A stretch of 56,101 nucleotides of DNA from Aplysia californica (GCF_000002075.1 NW_004797900.1:103011-159111), one strand, 5' to 3'; shown: positions 1-12,052, numbered from the stretch's first letter. Program-made: numbers and translations. Notes: generated by a model not told the origin, from the letters alone.

Positions 1-819
1 TCTCTCTCTTTCTCTCTCTCTCTCAACAATCACCCTATCTGTCTACATACATACTCATTGTTGTGAAGATTCACGTCTGTGTGTTTATCTTTTAATCTGA
101 GTGTCGCCTCCTCTTCTCTTTTTTCAACACATGGGAGAATGCCTAAGTTTGTGTTTGTGAGTTTGTTGTGTATGCGCGTGTGTGCACGTGCCTGTGAGTA
201 CAAAAAAGAGAGAAAAAGAGAAGGAGAGCGAGATAGTGTATAATATGTGTATGTGTATGAGTGAGTGAGTGAGTGTGTGTATGGGGGAGGGGGGGTGTGC
301 GGGTGCGTATATTGAGTAAGCTTGGTTGGTTGGGTGAATGAAATGCGTGTAAGGTACATGTGCATGTGTGTGTTTGTGTGTGTGTTCGTACGTGCTTGTG
401 TGTCTGTGTTTGTGTATGAGTAAATGAGCGCACGAAAGTGTAAAGAAAGAGAACGTTTAGCCACATTATCAATTGACAGCTGTTATGATATGTACCTGGA
501 CGCAGGTGCAAAACGTCGATTCTCAACAGCACTATTGTACAAATAAGCCTAGAGAAAAAAGTGCACATCAATAAGTGAACCCCCTCCCCACCCCTCCCCA
601 CCCAACTCTGTCTGCTCGACTCCTCAAGTGTTTACTCTTCCTGCTATCACTGATCACACACAGTATTACAGAACGTGTATGTAGTCGGCAGTATTTTCTG
701 TGGAATGACAAGGTATGGATGGACTGGACTAATGGCGAGAACTGTGGGAACACTAGTGGCATTCTTCCAGATGTACATGTTTTGTTGCTGTTTTCACAGT
801 TGCTCAATTTGGGGAATAT

Positions 820-930
820 GGTAATGGTTAGGTTTAGGGTAGAGTCATGGTTAGGGTTAGGGCTGGGGCTGGGGTAATGGTTGGGGGTAGAGTAGAGTCA
901 TGGTTAGGGTTAGGGCTGGGGCTAGGGTTC
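820..930. repeat. Degenerate TTAGGG-containing tandem duplication (interstitial, probably transposon-borne)
   Basis: GTAGAGTCATGGTTAGGGTTAGGGCTGGGGCT present twice. Confidence 0.6.
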
Positions 931-3497
931 TGGTTAAGATAACCTAACAGGATTCGTGTAATTAGGTAAGGGGTAGGGTCCACTTTTTCCAGAACTTATC
1001 CTACCCCTTACTTTATTACCTGGATCCAGCCAGGGTTAGAGTAAATGCTAACCGTAATTAACCGTTCTCTACCATAAATCCAGCAAATGTGATTAAAACA
1101 TGCAGATTTGAAAGGTTGCCGCCTCTGACAACTCGCCTCATCATAACGAGATAAATTTCTACCAAGTAAACAAAGCCTATTACTATAATCAACACGACGA
1201 ACTGTTTCTTCCGACTCGGCGACAGTCGATGAGAGACCCGGAGAGCTTGTCAACAACAAGACAGAACACATAGCGGCATAAGACAGGAGACCACATAGCG
1301 GCAATGTTCTCCGCTACGAACAAAGGGTCCTACAAGTTACAACAATCATCAATACAAGACCAGTAAAACGTTCAGAATTCCGGTAACAAAATGTCAACAC
1401 AAGCACACACACAAAACAAATCGATCCCAGAAGCTTAACAACACTGAAGAATGTCCAAACCTCTTGCGACAAGCGCGGGGTAGGAGATGTTAGTCCTTCT
1501 CTGAGCTGGTAATTAAGAGCTGAATTCACCTGTGTATAAATCCTCCCGAGAACACACGGCAAGCAATAATAAAAAGTTGTATTATAACCCGAGGCGTAAT
1601 GAAACCCAGAAGCGATGAAATCCTCGTGCATATGTCCACGGGCCAATGTGTACTCATTCTGCGGAGAGTGGCGAGAGATGCTAGCTAGCGTTGTTTGAAT
1701 GTGCGCGCGTGGTACCACCGCACGCGAGGCGACAAAAATCCGCTAGGTTGTGGGTGAGTTGGGCAAAGGCAGTTCAACTTGTGAGTGGAAAGCGGTAGTG
1801 GCGGTAGTATTGGCAACAATATTGGTGGTCTTCGCTGCTGTGTTGCGGTTAATTCAGCGCTGATCGGGATGATGATAAGAGTAATGACAACGATAATGGG
1901 ACATGGGGGGGGGGGTTGTGGGCACAATTTGGGGAGAGAAGGAAGGAAAGGCGGAGTGAGTGACGAAGTGAGATAGTGCATCACGAAGAGAGTGGATGAG
2001 TTAGAGAGGGGGTGAGAGGGGTGATGAGACAGAAAACAAATCGGTTGCTGTATGTCGGAGATTTAGAATGAAGAAAAGGATCAATTATGAGCAAGGAAAA
2101 GAACAGGTTTTTAACAGTGAGCTGAACCGTTCACCTTATTGATTCTCGGTAAATTGCCACCTATGGATGACATGACCTGCTCGTTAGAAACTAGTACTTA
2201 CTGGTCATGAAAGAGAACATCCGTGTTTCTCACAACAAGTCCGGAACGAACTTTTGATTAGAGAGTACAACAGTCAATGCCATCGCGATACAACACTTCA
2301 ACAGAATCTACCGCTCTCCGAGATTTGACTTCCTGGAAATACCCCATCGTAGTTGGGTGGGGTTGTCTTTGTCGGTTTTTTCTCCTTTTTTTTACTGGGG
2401 TTGTTGTTTGTTTTGTTTTTGTTTTTTGTTAGGGGTTTTTTGTGTGTTTTTTTGTGTTTTTTGTTAGGGGGTTTTTGTGGGGTTTTTTGTTTTTTTGCTT
2501 TTTTTTGGGGGGGGGATGTTTTCCTTCGGCGGAAAGTAGAGTGCAACCTGTGTAAGACGGCCTCCCATTGTCAAGGAGAAAAGTGGCCGTATAAGACAGG
2601 TTGTCGTCTTATAGAGGTGGCCGTCAGAGCAGGTTTGGCTGTATATTGTTTTGTTGTGTTGGTTTTTTGTTTGTTTCGGTTTTTGTATTATTTTGTTTGT
2701 TAGTTTGATCTTTGTGGCTTTGTTAGAGGGGNNNNNNNNNNNNNNNNNNNNNNNNNNNNNNNNNNNNNNNNNNNNNNNNNNNNNNNNNNNNNNNNNNNNN
2801 NNNNNNNNNNNNNNNNNNNNNNNNNNNNNNNTGTAAGACAGCAGTAAGAAGGAGCCAAGGAGTAGCTGTAGAAAGGCTGCAGAAAGAGTCAGAAGCCAAG
2901 AGGAGGGGGCAAAGGAAGTGAGGGTGTGGAGGCAGAAAGTGGAGACGAAAGCAGACGACAGAACATTGATAGAAAGCAGGAAAGGAGGTTAAAGGAGACA
3001 CTTTTAGAGAAGAAATTTGGCTGGCCTCGACTAAATTTGACTGGACTGGATTGGCGGTGTGCACGGGGTGTTAGAACCAACCTGATCGTTTAAGATGCAA
3101 GGTTTTGTCCCCCAGTACCGTGTGGTGGGCGTGGCGTGATGACGTTTGGCTCCTCCCCTTCCCCCGCCCTCTCCTCTGTTCTCTCGTCTGCTCACACGTC
3201 AGCGCTTCTTGTTGCCCTGTAGGCTTACTGTCGACGCGTCACACTGGCTAAAACAGCACCTGGACATGGATTGCTGGTGCCTCTGTAAATAAATTATTGT
3301 CGACGAATAATGGTATTATATGTCCGTCATTTTGGATGGATGATGTTGTAACAGCGATTAAGTCTACTAAGAAAACGATTTTAAATCTGCAGTGGCGTTT
3401 CCATATTTTTTCGTTCTTTTGCAAAAGTGTGATGAGATCGTAAATTTAGCAGTGTTTTACAACGCACGTAAACCCTGCTCTTTCCGACAAACTTGGT

Positions 3498-3678
3498 GTG
3501 GGTGGTTGGCGGGTGCTCTGGTGTGGTTTGCTTCTTCTTTCCTATCAAACATCTATTGTCCTTATCTCCCCTTCTTCTTTTTTTGTGTTTGTTACTCTCT
3601 TGTAACACCTCTAATCTTTGGCACTTATATGACCTTATTGTGGTGCAAGTGCCGTAAAACTCTTACTAAAACTAAAAA
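3498..3678 (+). mobile_element. SINE-like retroposon family A (~180 bp; head GTGGGTGGTTGGCGGGTGCTCTGG, 3' stem GGCACTT..AAGTGCC, (ACTAAA)n tail)
   Basis: About 18 dispersed copies in the window. TSD CAAACTTGGT/CAAAATTGGT here. Confidence 0.85.
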
Positions 3679-4239
3679 CAAAATTGGTTCAGAAATACAA
3701 AGAAAAGGCTGACGCACCATAGCACGTGACTCACAGAACCACGTGACCCGTACACTGATTATTCTATGTGTTATTTACCTCCCTCCATTATCTTGTTCCA
3801 ACTGTCGTGTTTTCCAACGTTCGGCACCAAGTCACCTCTCTGGAATGCTGAGTGTCCCAAGCTTCCATTACTGCCGCCTGTGATCTTGGTTTCTCATCGC
3901 GAGATTTACGAACAGAATGCTGTCAGTTTTCTTGGCAAACATGTTTTCTTCCAACGTTTTAAAGAAAATCGATTTACTTTACCCGAACAAATTGGTTGTC
4001 CGTTATTGTCATGGGGGTTGTTAGAGGGCGCCACTGGTAGGTCCTATAATTTCTTTTCTTTCCCTATGTTATTTCTACGTCTTGCTTCTTCCCTGCTCAG
4101 AATGGCCTGTATTGTGTCGATGTGCTCTTTGCACTCGAACTAAAAAAAAAGTGGAAAGTGATCGTTTGTGCAGGCGATTGTCTTGGACTGGTGGCCCTTG
4201 TAGCAGGTTCCACTATAGAATAATTGGACCGGTGTGAGC

Positions 4240-4858
4240 AACAAAAGTTTCCTTTTTTGAGACACTTGAGTGAATAGACGTAAGGGGTCCCAACATCTAG
4301 CTCTGAGACATTTGGATAGACGTGAGGGCCCCCAACATCTAGCTTTGAGACATTTGGATAGACGTAAGGGGTCCCAACATCTAGCTCTGAGACATTTGGA
4401 TAGACGTGAGGGGTCCCAACATCTAGCTCTGAGACATTTGGATAGACGTGAGGGCCCCCAACATCTAGCTCTGAGACATTTGGATAGACTTGATGGCCTC
4501 CAACATCTAGCTCTGAGACATTTGGATAGACTTGATGGCCTCCAGCATCTAGCTCTGAGACATTTGGATAGACTTGATGGCCTCCAACATCTAGCTCTGA
4601 GACATTTGGATAGACTTGATGGCCTCCAGCATCTAGCTCTCTCTGGTAACATTAATAAAGGCAAACGAGGCAAGGATAGACCCGGATCAACTTACTTGGA
4701 GAACCTGAACAGATGGGTGACAGGGAAAGATCAGAAAAATAGTAATATAGCTTTTTTGAGAGCATCCGAACAATGAATGAAAGGAGAACCATGATCGCCA
4801 CTGTCTGTCGCAGATCTGGCACTTGATGATGATGATGATTGTGATGATGATAATAGTG
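4240..4858 (+). mobile_element. 5'-truncated RTE-clade LINE 3' end with internal 42-bp tandem amplification (~9 copies, 4259-4640)
   Basis: Encodes (RHLDRxxGxQHLAL)n SGNINKGKRGKDRP..FLRASEQ; (GAT)n tail; homologous to 13545-13870 and 35694-36025. Confidence 0.8.
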
Positions 4859-4979
4859 ATGAAAACACTTGTAAAAAGTACGCACCTCTGTATTCAAGTC
4901 TCCGGTATTTTTCCTGCTGTAAAACGATGATAATGATGATAATGATGATGAGTAACATGTGCCATTTCTGCCTCCCCAG

Positions 4980-7900
4980 CTCGCAGTCGGAACAAGAAGA
5001 GCAAGAAGCCAGGAGAGGACGGCATGAAGGAGACGGTGTGTCCCATCTGTAGCGAGCGCCTGGCTGGTTCGGCCGACGACCTCAACACGCATGTGGAGAT
5101 GTGCCTCAAACAGGTACTGGAAGCTTTTGCTTACGAATATTAAAATTTAGTTGTGAGTATTAAAATTTACTTACGAATATTAAAATTTACAATTAAAATT
5201 TACTTACGTGTATTTGACTTTTTTATCTTCTGTTGCTGGTGAGGAGGGATGCAGTTTTCTATGGCAGGCCAACTGTGCATATCATCAGAGTGCTGGCCAG
5301 TGCTGACTGCACTGTACTGATGCTAACCTTTTGGATGAAGTCATGCTTGGGCCAGATGTTTTGTTTGTTTTAGTAGAGGTTTTACGGCGCTCACAACTGC
5401 ATTAGGTCATATGAGTGCCAAGGGGTGGGTGTCAACTGAGAAGTTACAAAATGACCCCAGGGGGTACGGATAGGGTTAATTGACAGGATTTTATGTTCTG
5501 TCACTACTGTCGCGTTACCATTGTTTTCAGATCAGCCTTGTCCGGTTTCTGCGGACTCCTCTGTATGTGTTTGTGAGATTTCTCTCTCTCTCTCTGTATT
5601 TGTTTTGAGTTTTATTCTCTCTCTCTGTGTTTCAGCGCTCCGGAGAGGGCGAGGAGGAGGCGGTGGATGTGGAGGGAGAGTTTGAGGAGTACGAGTGGGC
5701 GGGGCAGACCAGGGTCAGGGCCACGACCTTGCTGCCCGGTGGATTTGCAGGTGAGGGGGACAGCTGGCTTCTTGTCTTATATCATCTAATCTCAACTCAT
5801 TTTTTTTTGGGGGGTAGCTTATCTCATCTCATCTCAACTCCTTATCTTGGCTCATCTCATCTTTGTTTTGTATCTTATCTCATCTTGTTTCATCTTATCT
5901 TATCTTATGTATCTTGTAATCTCATCTCATCTTTTTTTTTGGTATCTTATCTCATCTTGTTTCATCTTATCTTATGTCATCTCATTATCTCATCTCATCT
6001 CTTTATCTCATCTCATCTCATATCATCTCATCTCATTATCTTATCTCATGTCATCTGGTTTCATTTCATTATCTTATCTCATTTCATCTCATCTCATTTC
6101 ATCTTATCTCATCACATTATCTTTTCTCATCACATATTATAGTCGTAATTCATGTCATCTTATTGTATAAATAAATCTCATCTCATCATCTTATCATCTC
6201 ATCTCATGTCATTATTTTATCTCATCTCATCTCATCTAATCAGCATCAGGATTCCAGACACACAATAGCCGTCGCGACGGAGACGAGGAAGGGGAGTTAA
6301 ATGTGGACGGAGACGACACGGAGGAGTACGGCAAACCTCAGTATCCTTTTTTGGACCGATGTCAGCTTAAAGATAAAGAAAAATTCGACAGAGCCATTTA
6401 GAAAGCCAGCAAGATCTCTGGATATGATTTTACTAGAAGTGATGAAATCAGAAATGTACAAGACCACAAGTATAAAAAAGATAAAAAGCATTATAAACGA
6501 CCCATCACGCCCCCTTTCCACGCAAATAGCCGGATCACACAGCTGCAGATATGTACCTCTAAAAACAACGAAAGAAAAATATAAAAGAAGTTTTTTGCCA
6601 TATAGCATAAGGCTATTGTCAGAATAAGCATAGAGTATGTATCTATATAACTCCGAAGGTCTTGTAATTAAATTTCTGCATGTTGGCATATACGATATGA
6701 AGTTTAATCTGTTGGTGTTGCTGTCCTTAACCGTGTGCAAGATTCACGGAGACAGATATCGTCCCTGTGGGATCAGACGGGGGAAGTCCTCACACAGACA
6801 TCCGGAGCCCTCGCGGAAATTTGCCCCCAGAGAGCAGGTACGTTTGTCAAGGGGAAACTGTCAGTGTCAGAGACGCACACTTTTGGAAAGACTTTCAAAA
6901 ATAAAATCAAAGCCACGTAGCACTTTCAAAGCTTTCACACCTTTAAGTGATATCAATATTTATACAGTTGAAACTGGACACCCTTTGTCGAGGGGAAATT
7001 TTAAGCAGGGGGACATCTTACACAGTGTCTTTATGATGTTTAAAAAAATACAGAAGGAAGGAAATGGGGAGTGTCTGTTTGTACAGGTGATTGTTTTATA
7101 CAAGTGGCCATTTGTACAGGTGATGATCTTATACAAGTGGTCATTTGTACAGGTGATTGTCTTATACAAGTGGCCATTTGTACAGGTAATTGTCTTATAC
7201 AGGTGGCTGTTAGAGCAAGTTCAATAGTATATCAAAGCCACACACCATATCAAATGGTATTGATAAAATTTTAAAATGTGCAGCTCTGATAGTGTAAGGC
7301 TTTGATGCTTTTCCATTTCATGAGCGCTTGCCCAATGTTGATATTAAGGTAAAAGCATTTTTCTTGGTTTTGATCGGGTGATTTTTAAAAGTTGTACTAG
7401 ATAATAAGTTGTTACAGTAAACTGTAATGGATGGTTGGCGAATGCTTTGGTGTGGTTTACTCCTTCTTTCCTATCAAACATCCACTATCTTTATCTCTCC
7501 TCCTTCTCTTCTTTGTATGCCACTATCAAGTAACACCTCTAATCTCTAGCACTTGTATGACTTATTTGTATTGAAAATGCCGTAAAACTGAATTAAACTA
7601 AAAGAAATACTAATAGTGTTTTGTTTTGTCTTGTTCCAGCTTCACATCCAGGACGGACACGGTGAACGCCGACGGTAAGTCCCGACGTCTGGCCAGAAGT
7701 GTTTGTGCACTGACTTGCGTTAGGGTTTCCCTTTAGATAAGTTGATGTCATGCTGTATACCCATATAGTTCAGTCAATAGCATGCTGGGTTATGATGCAG
7801 ACTTCCCTGGTTCAAATCCCCAATGCTGTCCCCGTGGTTTTATGCACCCCGCATAATTAAGCAAAATTTGATCATTTTTTGCATAATTTCTGATTATTTT

Positions 7901-9675
7901 CCTTTATCATTCTTTGTTAAAATTAACAAAATCGCATAATTTCTCATTTTTGGGCTCAGTTTGCATAATTTCAGAATTGTTTTTGCATAAAACGACGGGG
8001 ACAGCCTATGGGGTGTTTTTTATCAGTTTATTTGGGGATTTTTCCTGTCTCTCCACCCACTTGGCTGGAAAAGTGTGGACGTCAACATCGACGGACTAGA
8101 TGCTTCATATAATTGGGGGTTTTCTTGTTTCCCTAATTTGTCCTAATTATCTGCCTTCCCATACTTTTCTGTATCCTCAAAGTGTATAAAATCTTTGTTC
8201 TTTTCTTGAAGGTGTGGTGGGTAATACATGCTTGTTGCTTGAAACCTATTTTTTTAATGCTGAAAATGCTAGGGTATAGACATTTCAAACTAAACTTGTT
8301 GCAACAAAGCTTAGGAAATAGAAGGCTTTTGTTGGTTTTACTTCTTTGATGCTCACAAAGATAATGTCTTATTATGAGCGTGCGTGTGTGTGAGTTAAAT
8401 CTGGAGGTATGAGCATGCGCTCGTAGGAGTTAAATCTGGAGGTCTCCACCCACTTATCTTGGTGCTGTTGGAGATTTACGTTAAATCGGGAGGTTCTGTA
8501 ATCTTTCATACTATCAGTTCTTGTATGCATCAGAGATAGCATGATGTAGAGTGGAAAATGTTCAATACAGCTACCCATTGTTGGGAGAAAAGTGGTTTTG
8601 TATTCAACAGGTGGACATCTTGGATGGCATCATTGGAATTCTTTTTTAAACATGGGGTGTGGGGCTGGGGGGGGGGGGGGTCGTTTGTACAAGTCTTCTT
8701 AGATGTCTGTTAGATAGAACAGGTTGTACTGTATCCCTCACAAATGTTTTTTTCTGGCCCCTCAGACTGTTAGAAGTAGGTGGACTGTATCTCTCACTCA
8801 CAAACATTTCTCTCTGTCCCCTCATGTATCTCACAGTTAGACCAGGTTGGACTGTATCATACTGTATGTATCTCTCACTAACATTTCTCTCTGTCCCCTC
8901 ATGTATCTCACAGTTAGACCGGGTTGGACTGTATCATACTGTATGTATCTCTCACAAACATTTCTCTCTGTCCCCTCATGTATCTCACAGTTAGACCAGG
9001 TTGAACTGTATCATACTGTATGTATCTCTCACTAACATTTCTCTCTGTCCCCTCATGTATCTCACAGTTAGACCAGGTTGAACTGTATCATACTGTATGT
9101 ATCTCTCACAAACATTTCTCTCTGTCCCCTCATGTATCTCACAGTTAGACCAGGTTGGACTGTATCATACTGTATGTATCTCTCACTAACATTTCTCTGT
9201 GTCTCCCCAGGTGCTGGCTGCAGCAAACACTTGTCCCCGTACGACATCCCTCAGCGATCTGCCTGTGATCAGGGGTAGGTGAACGCGTCATTGACCTTGG
9301 ACACGTCTCTGACCTTGAACACATGATTCGTCCACTCACTGAATGTTGAAATGACTGCTTCCAGTTCCAGTGTTTGAGAAACATCATCATCATCATCATC
9401 ATAAAATAGCGAACAATTTTCCATTTCGTCTTTTGTTTCTTCTGGAAGCATCATCATCATCTTATCATCATTATAAAATACCAAACAATTTTCCTTTTCA
9501 TCTTTTGTTTCTTCTTGAAGCTTAACAATTATTACTATGATGACACATTTTTGACAAAAATCCAACATTAAATCAGGACACTGGCCAAGAAAAACAATTT
9601 GGTTGAGAAACAGATTATGTTGTTTTCCTGGGTAGTATTTGCTCTCTCTTTTTCTCTCTCTCTCACTCTCTCTCT

Positions 9676-9712
<37 letters not shown>

Positions 9713-12052
9713 TCTCTCTCTCTTTCTCGTTCACTGGCTCGCTCGCTCTCACTCTTTCTCCTATGGCTTTATGTATGGGTAGTAATTATGATAATAATGA
9801 TGTTAATAATAGTAATGTATTTTGTCAGTCAATGTTTAATGAATTACAGGTTAACATATGTCGTACAATCTTGTTCCAGCAATGACGACCAGTCTATATC
9901 AGCGCTGGTGGGAGCTCTCAGAGCCAAACTGCAGGATCTGGAGGCAGAGAAAACAGAGAAGCAAAAATGTCTTATCTGCATGGTAGGTGCAACATCGCTT
10001 TTTTCTGGGATTTTTTGGTTTTGGGAATTTCTTTTTGGTCAAAACCCCTTCTGATATCGAAGCATGATTTGATTTGACATAAAGCTGTAATATGTTTCTG
10101 GGTCTGAGATTCTAGACCCTTCATAAATGAAACAGATAAATAAATATAGTTTATGAAATATGTCCAGTTGAATTGCTCTGACTGTCACCTGTATAAGACA
10201 ATCACCTGTACAAACAGTCACTTCCCATTTCCCACCTTGTGTATTTTCTGCATTATAAAGACATTGTCTAAGATTACCAGTTTTCCCTGGACAACGGGTG
10301 ACTGTCTCAGATAAATTTCCTCTGTCTATATATTCTTTATATTTGAAACAGGTGTATAGTGAAATTTGTACGTAACAAAAAGATTTCCGTGTCCATCCAA
10401 TTTCACTATGTGCTTGCTAGACTATGCTTGTCTTTAAGAGAATAGAGATAGAAATAGATTATACTAGCTGGGCCCTCTTTCGATGAAAGGAATGATCGGC
10501 GCATTAACATCAACTGAGAGTCATTGGCCTACTATATTTACACTCTACTAGAATGGAGCAATAAATTTTGAGAGATCAGATGCAAAAAATTAGAAGGTCT
10601 AGATCTAGATCTATACTCTCAAAACAAAATGCGCCTCGGAAAATATCACTTCCCGATTTTCTAAAAAGGCATCAGCCTACAAAAGCGATCGGCAAAATAA
10701 AGATATTCAGCTTTTTGCAGCAAAACTCTCAAAACTGAAAAAACGAAAGGCGTCATGATCTGGAGAATATTTTAAAGAATCGTTTGGCGAAAACCGCATG
10801 TCGATCGATGCAGCCATTAAAAAGCCTTTTGAATAGCAACATTCGGCCACCACAAATAGATAATAGATTATATTTATAATATGTATGTTTGTCTTTGAGA
10901 GTATAGACAGAAATATATATATATGTGTATTTCTGTCTTTGAGAGCATAGATATATATATATATGTGTTTATGTTGAAACCCTGGTTTTTAAAAGAATTT
11001 AACCGTATATTTCCCCCCCATGTTGTGTGTGTGTGTTGGGGGGGGGGGGGGGGTTGTAATACTGCAATAAACTGCAACAAACACGGTTTTGTACTACTTA
11101 TGTATTTGTCAAGGTCTTGCATCCATCCAGGGAAATGATGTGTTCTGATGTTACTTTTAGAAGTACCCTAGGCCTACTGTAGATAATCATACTCATAGGA
11201 AAATTCTCACAAGTTTTATGGGTGGTTGGCGGTCCTGACGTTGTGTCCTTGGGAAAGGCACTTTACACGAATTTTCCTCACTTCATCCAGGTGGGAATGG
11301 GTACCTGGCCATAGATAGCGAAAGATCTTGTCAGTATGTTAGTGTTTTAGCTTCTATAAAAGGCTGCTTGCACTGTATGCTTCCCAGGAAGTTGAGGTTG
11401 TTTCAGAATGCTCTCAGGTCTGTTTGGGTAATAGTATAGATTGTTAAGCGCATAGAGCTTGCTGCTGAGCGGGGATTTGCGTTATACACATTTTATCTAT
11501 TATCTATTATTACTCTGGTGTTGTTTGCTTCTTCTTTCCTATAAAACACATGTTGTCTTTATCTCTCCGGCTGCTTCTTTGTATTTCAATGTTACTCTTC
11601 AGTACCACCACTGAACTTTGGCTTTTACTTTTATGTTTTAAGTGACCTTTTTTTTAGTCCCGTGTCCTGATTTTGGTGTCGATATTTGTAGGTTACGTAA
11701 AAATGTATTGATATGGTGCAAATTGTTCTGTTTCAAGAAAGAAAAAAAAACAAGAAAAACACAACAAGAAAAAGAGGAATTGTTTAGTCGGTGATGATGA
11801 TAATAATGATGATGATGATGAGTTTTTATGTGACCTATGCGTTGCAAGTGCCGTAAAACTCGAACCAAGACTTAAAAACTCTCAAGTTTTACATCTTCCT
11901 CCCTCTCTAAACAATACACTTTTCATTCCAATCCCAAGTTTCGTGCATTCTGCTACAATTTTTTTTCATCTCTTTCCCAGGGTGCGAAAAAACTGTGTCC
12001 GCAGTGCAACATGATTACAACAGCGTCCGACCTGCGGAGGATCTATTTATAA
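4980..12052 (+). CDS. RNF220: E3 ubiquitin ligase RNF220, 3' part (5' exons not seen in window). Exons 4980-5113, 5636-5750, 6244-6340, 6742-6837, 7640-7674, 9211-9274, 9880-9982, 11981-12052
   Basis: Phase-consistent spliced translation gives ..ETVCPICSERLAGSADDLNTHVEMCLKQ|RSGEGEEEAVDVEGEFEEYEWAGQTRVRATTLLPGGFA|..LNVDGDDTEEYGKPQ|FTETDIVP..|..LRAKLQDLEAEKTEKQKCLICM|GAKKLCPQCNMITTASDLRRIYL*. This matches RNF220 hallmarks recalled from the human protein (EEYEWCGQKRIRATTLL, DVDGDDTLEYGKPQY, KCLICM, GAKKLCPQC..DLRRIYL). Confidence 0.95.
5775..6240. repeat. (TCTCA/TCTTA)n pentanucleotide microsatellite filling an RNF220 intron
   Basis: Direct inspection. Confidence 0.9.
6341..6741 (+). other. U12-type (minor spliceosome) GT-AG intron of RNF220
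   Basis: 5' site GTATCCTTTT at 6341. Branch site TCCTTAAC at 6724-6731, about 10 nt before AG 6740-6741, with no polypyrimidine tract. Removal restores GKPQ/FTETD in frame. Confidence 0.92.
6360..6640 (+). mobile_element. LINE (Rex1/Babar/CR1-group-like) ORF2 C-terminal fragment inside the U12 intron
   Basis: KSIINDPSRPLS..RYVPLKTTKEKYKRSFLPYSIRLL resembles the I.DPSHPL..RY..R.KxSFxPxAIRLLN C-terminus of these LINEs. Confidence 0.6.
6961..7229. mobile_element. Tc1/pogo-like MITE (TA|CAGTTGAA..TTCAATAG|TA) with 30-bp internal repeats
   Basis: Imperfect TIR, TA flanks; related pieces at ~2545-2645, 4150-4215, 10164-10310 and 31060-31110. Confidence 0.6.
7428..7603 (+). mobile_element. SINE family A copy
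   Basis: Homologous to 3498-3678; tail ends ~36 nt before the RNF220 exon at 7640. Confidence 0.8.
7826..8004. mobile_element. ~180-bp MITE, TIR CTGTCCCCGTSGTTTTATGCA, 6-bp TSD
   Basis: TSD CCAATG/CCTATG; eight copies in the window. Confidence 0.88.
8760..9210. repeat. 77-bp minisatellite, ~5.7 copies, ending in the RNF220 acceptor at 9210
   Basis: CAGTTAG recurs at 8834, 8911, 8988, 9065 and 9142. Confidence 0.92.
10463..10870 (+). mobile_element. Dispersed repeat, possibly Helentron/HINE-like; partial copy at 16166-16312
   Basis: Shared ACTAGCTGGGCCC.. head and internal (CTAGAT)n; classification is inference. Confidence 0.5.
11219..11878 (+). mobile_element. SINE family A copy interrupted by nested insertions
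   Basis: Head at 11219, body resumes ~11513, tail ends 11878. TSD CTCACAAGTTTTA/CTCTCAAGTTTTA. Confidence 0.75.
11233..11512 (+). mobile_element. SINE family C (CORE/V-like GTGTCCTTGGGAAAGGCACTT domain, L2-like tail GTTAAGCGCATAGAG..(TAT)n)
   Basis: Related copies at ~21039-21185, ~32277-32415 and ~46857-47110; tail-only pieces at ~38053-38125 and ~48625-48700. Confidence 0.7.

Noticed and set aside
820-930. Telomere or telomere-fusion remnant
   Set aside because: Only a few degenerate TTAGGG units inside a short duplicated block; common within transposons.
30-2836. Long ORF-track entries rich in T/H/C/V/F/K
   Set aside because: Translations of (CA)n, (CT)n and poly-T low-complexity DNA; no splice-consistent exons or homology.
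11114-11148. LASIQ-coding stretch as a remnant of the missing RING exon (also VSIQ at ~10389)
   Set aside because: No CWHVHC follows, there is an early stop and no proper exon boundaries; the 10389 match lies in a small inverted-repeat relic.
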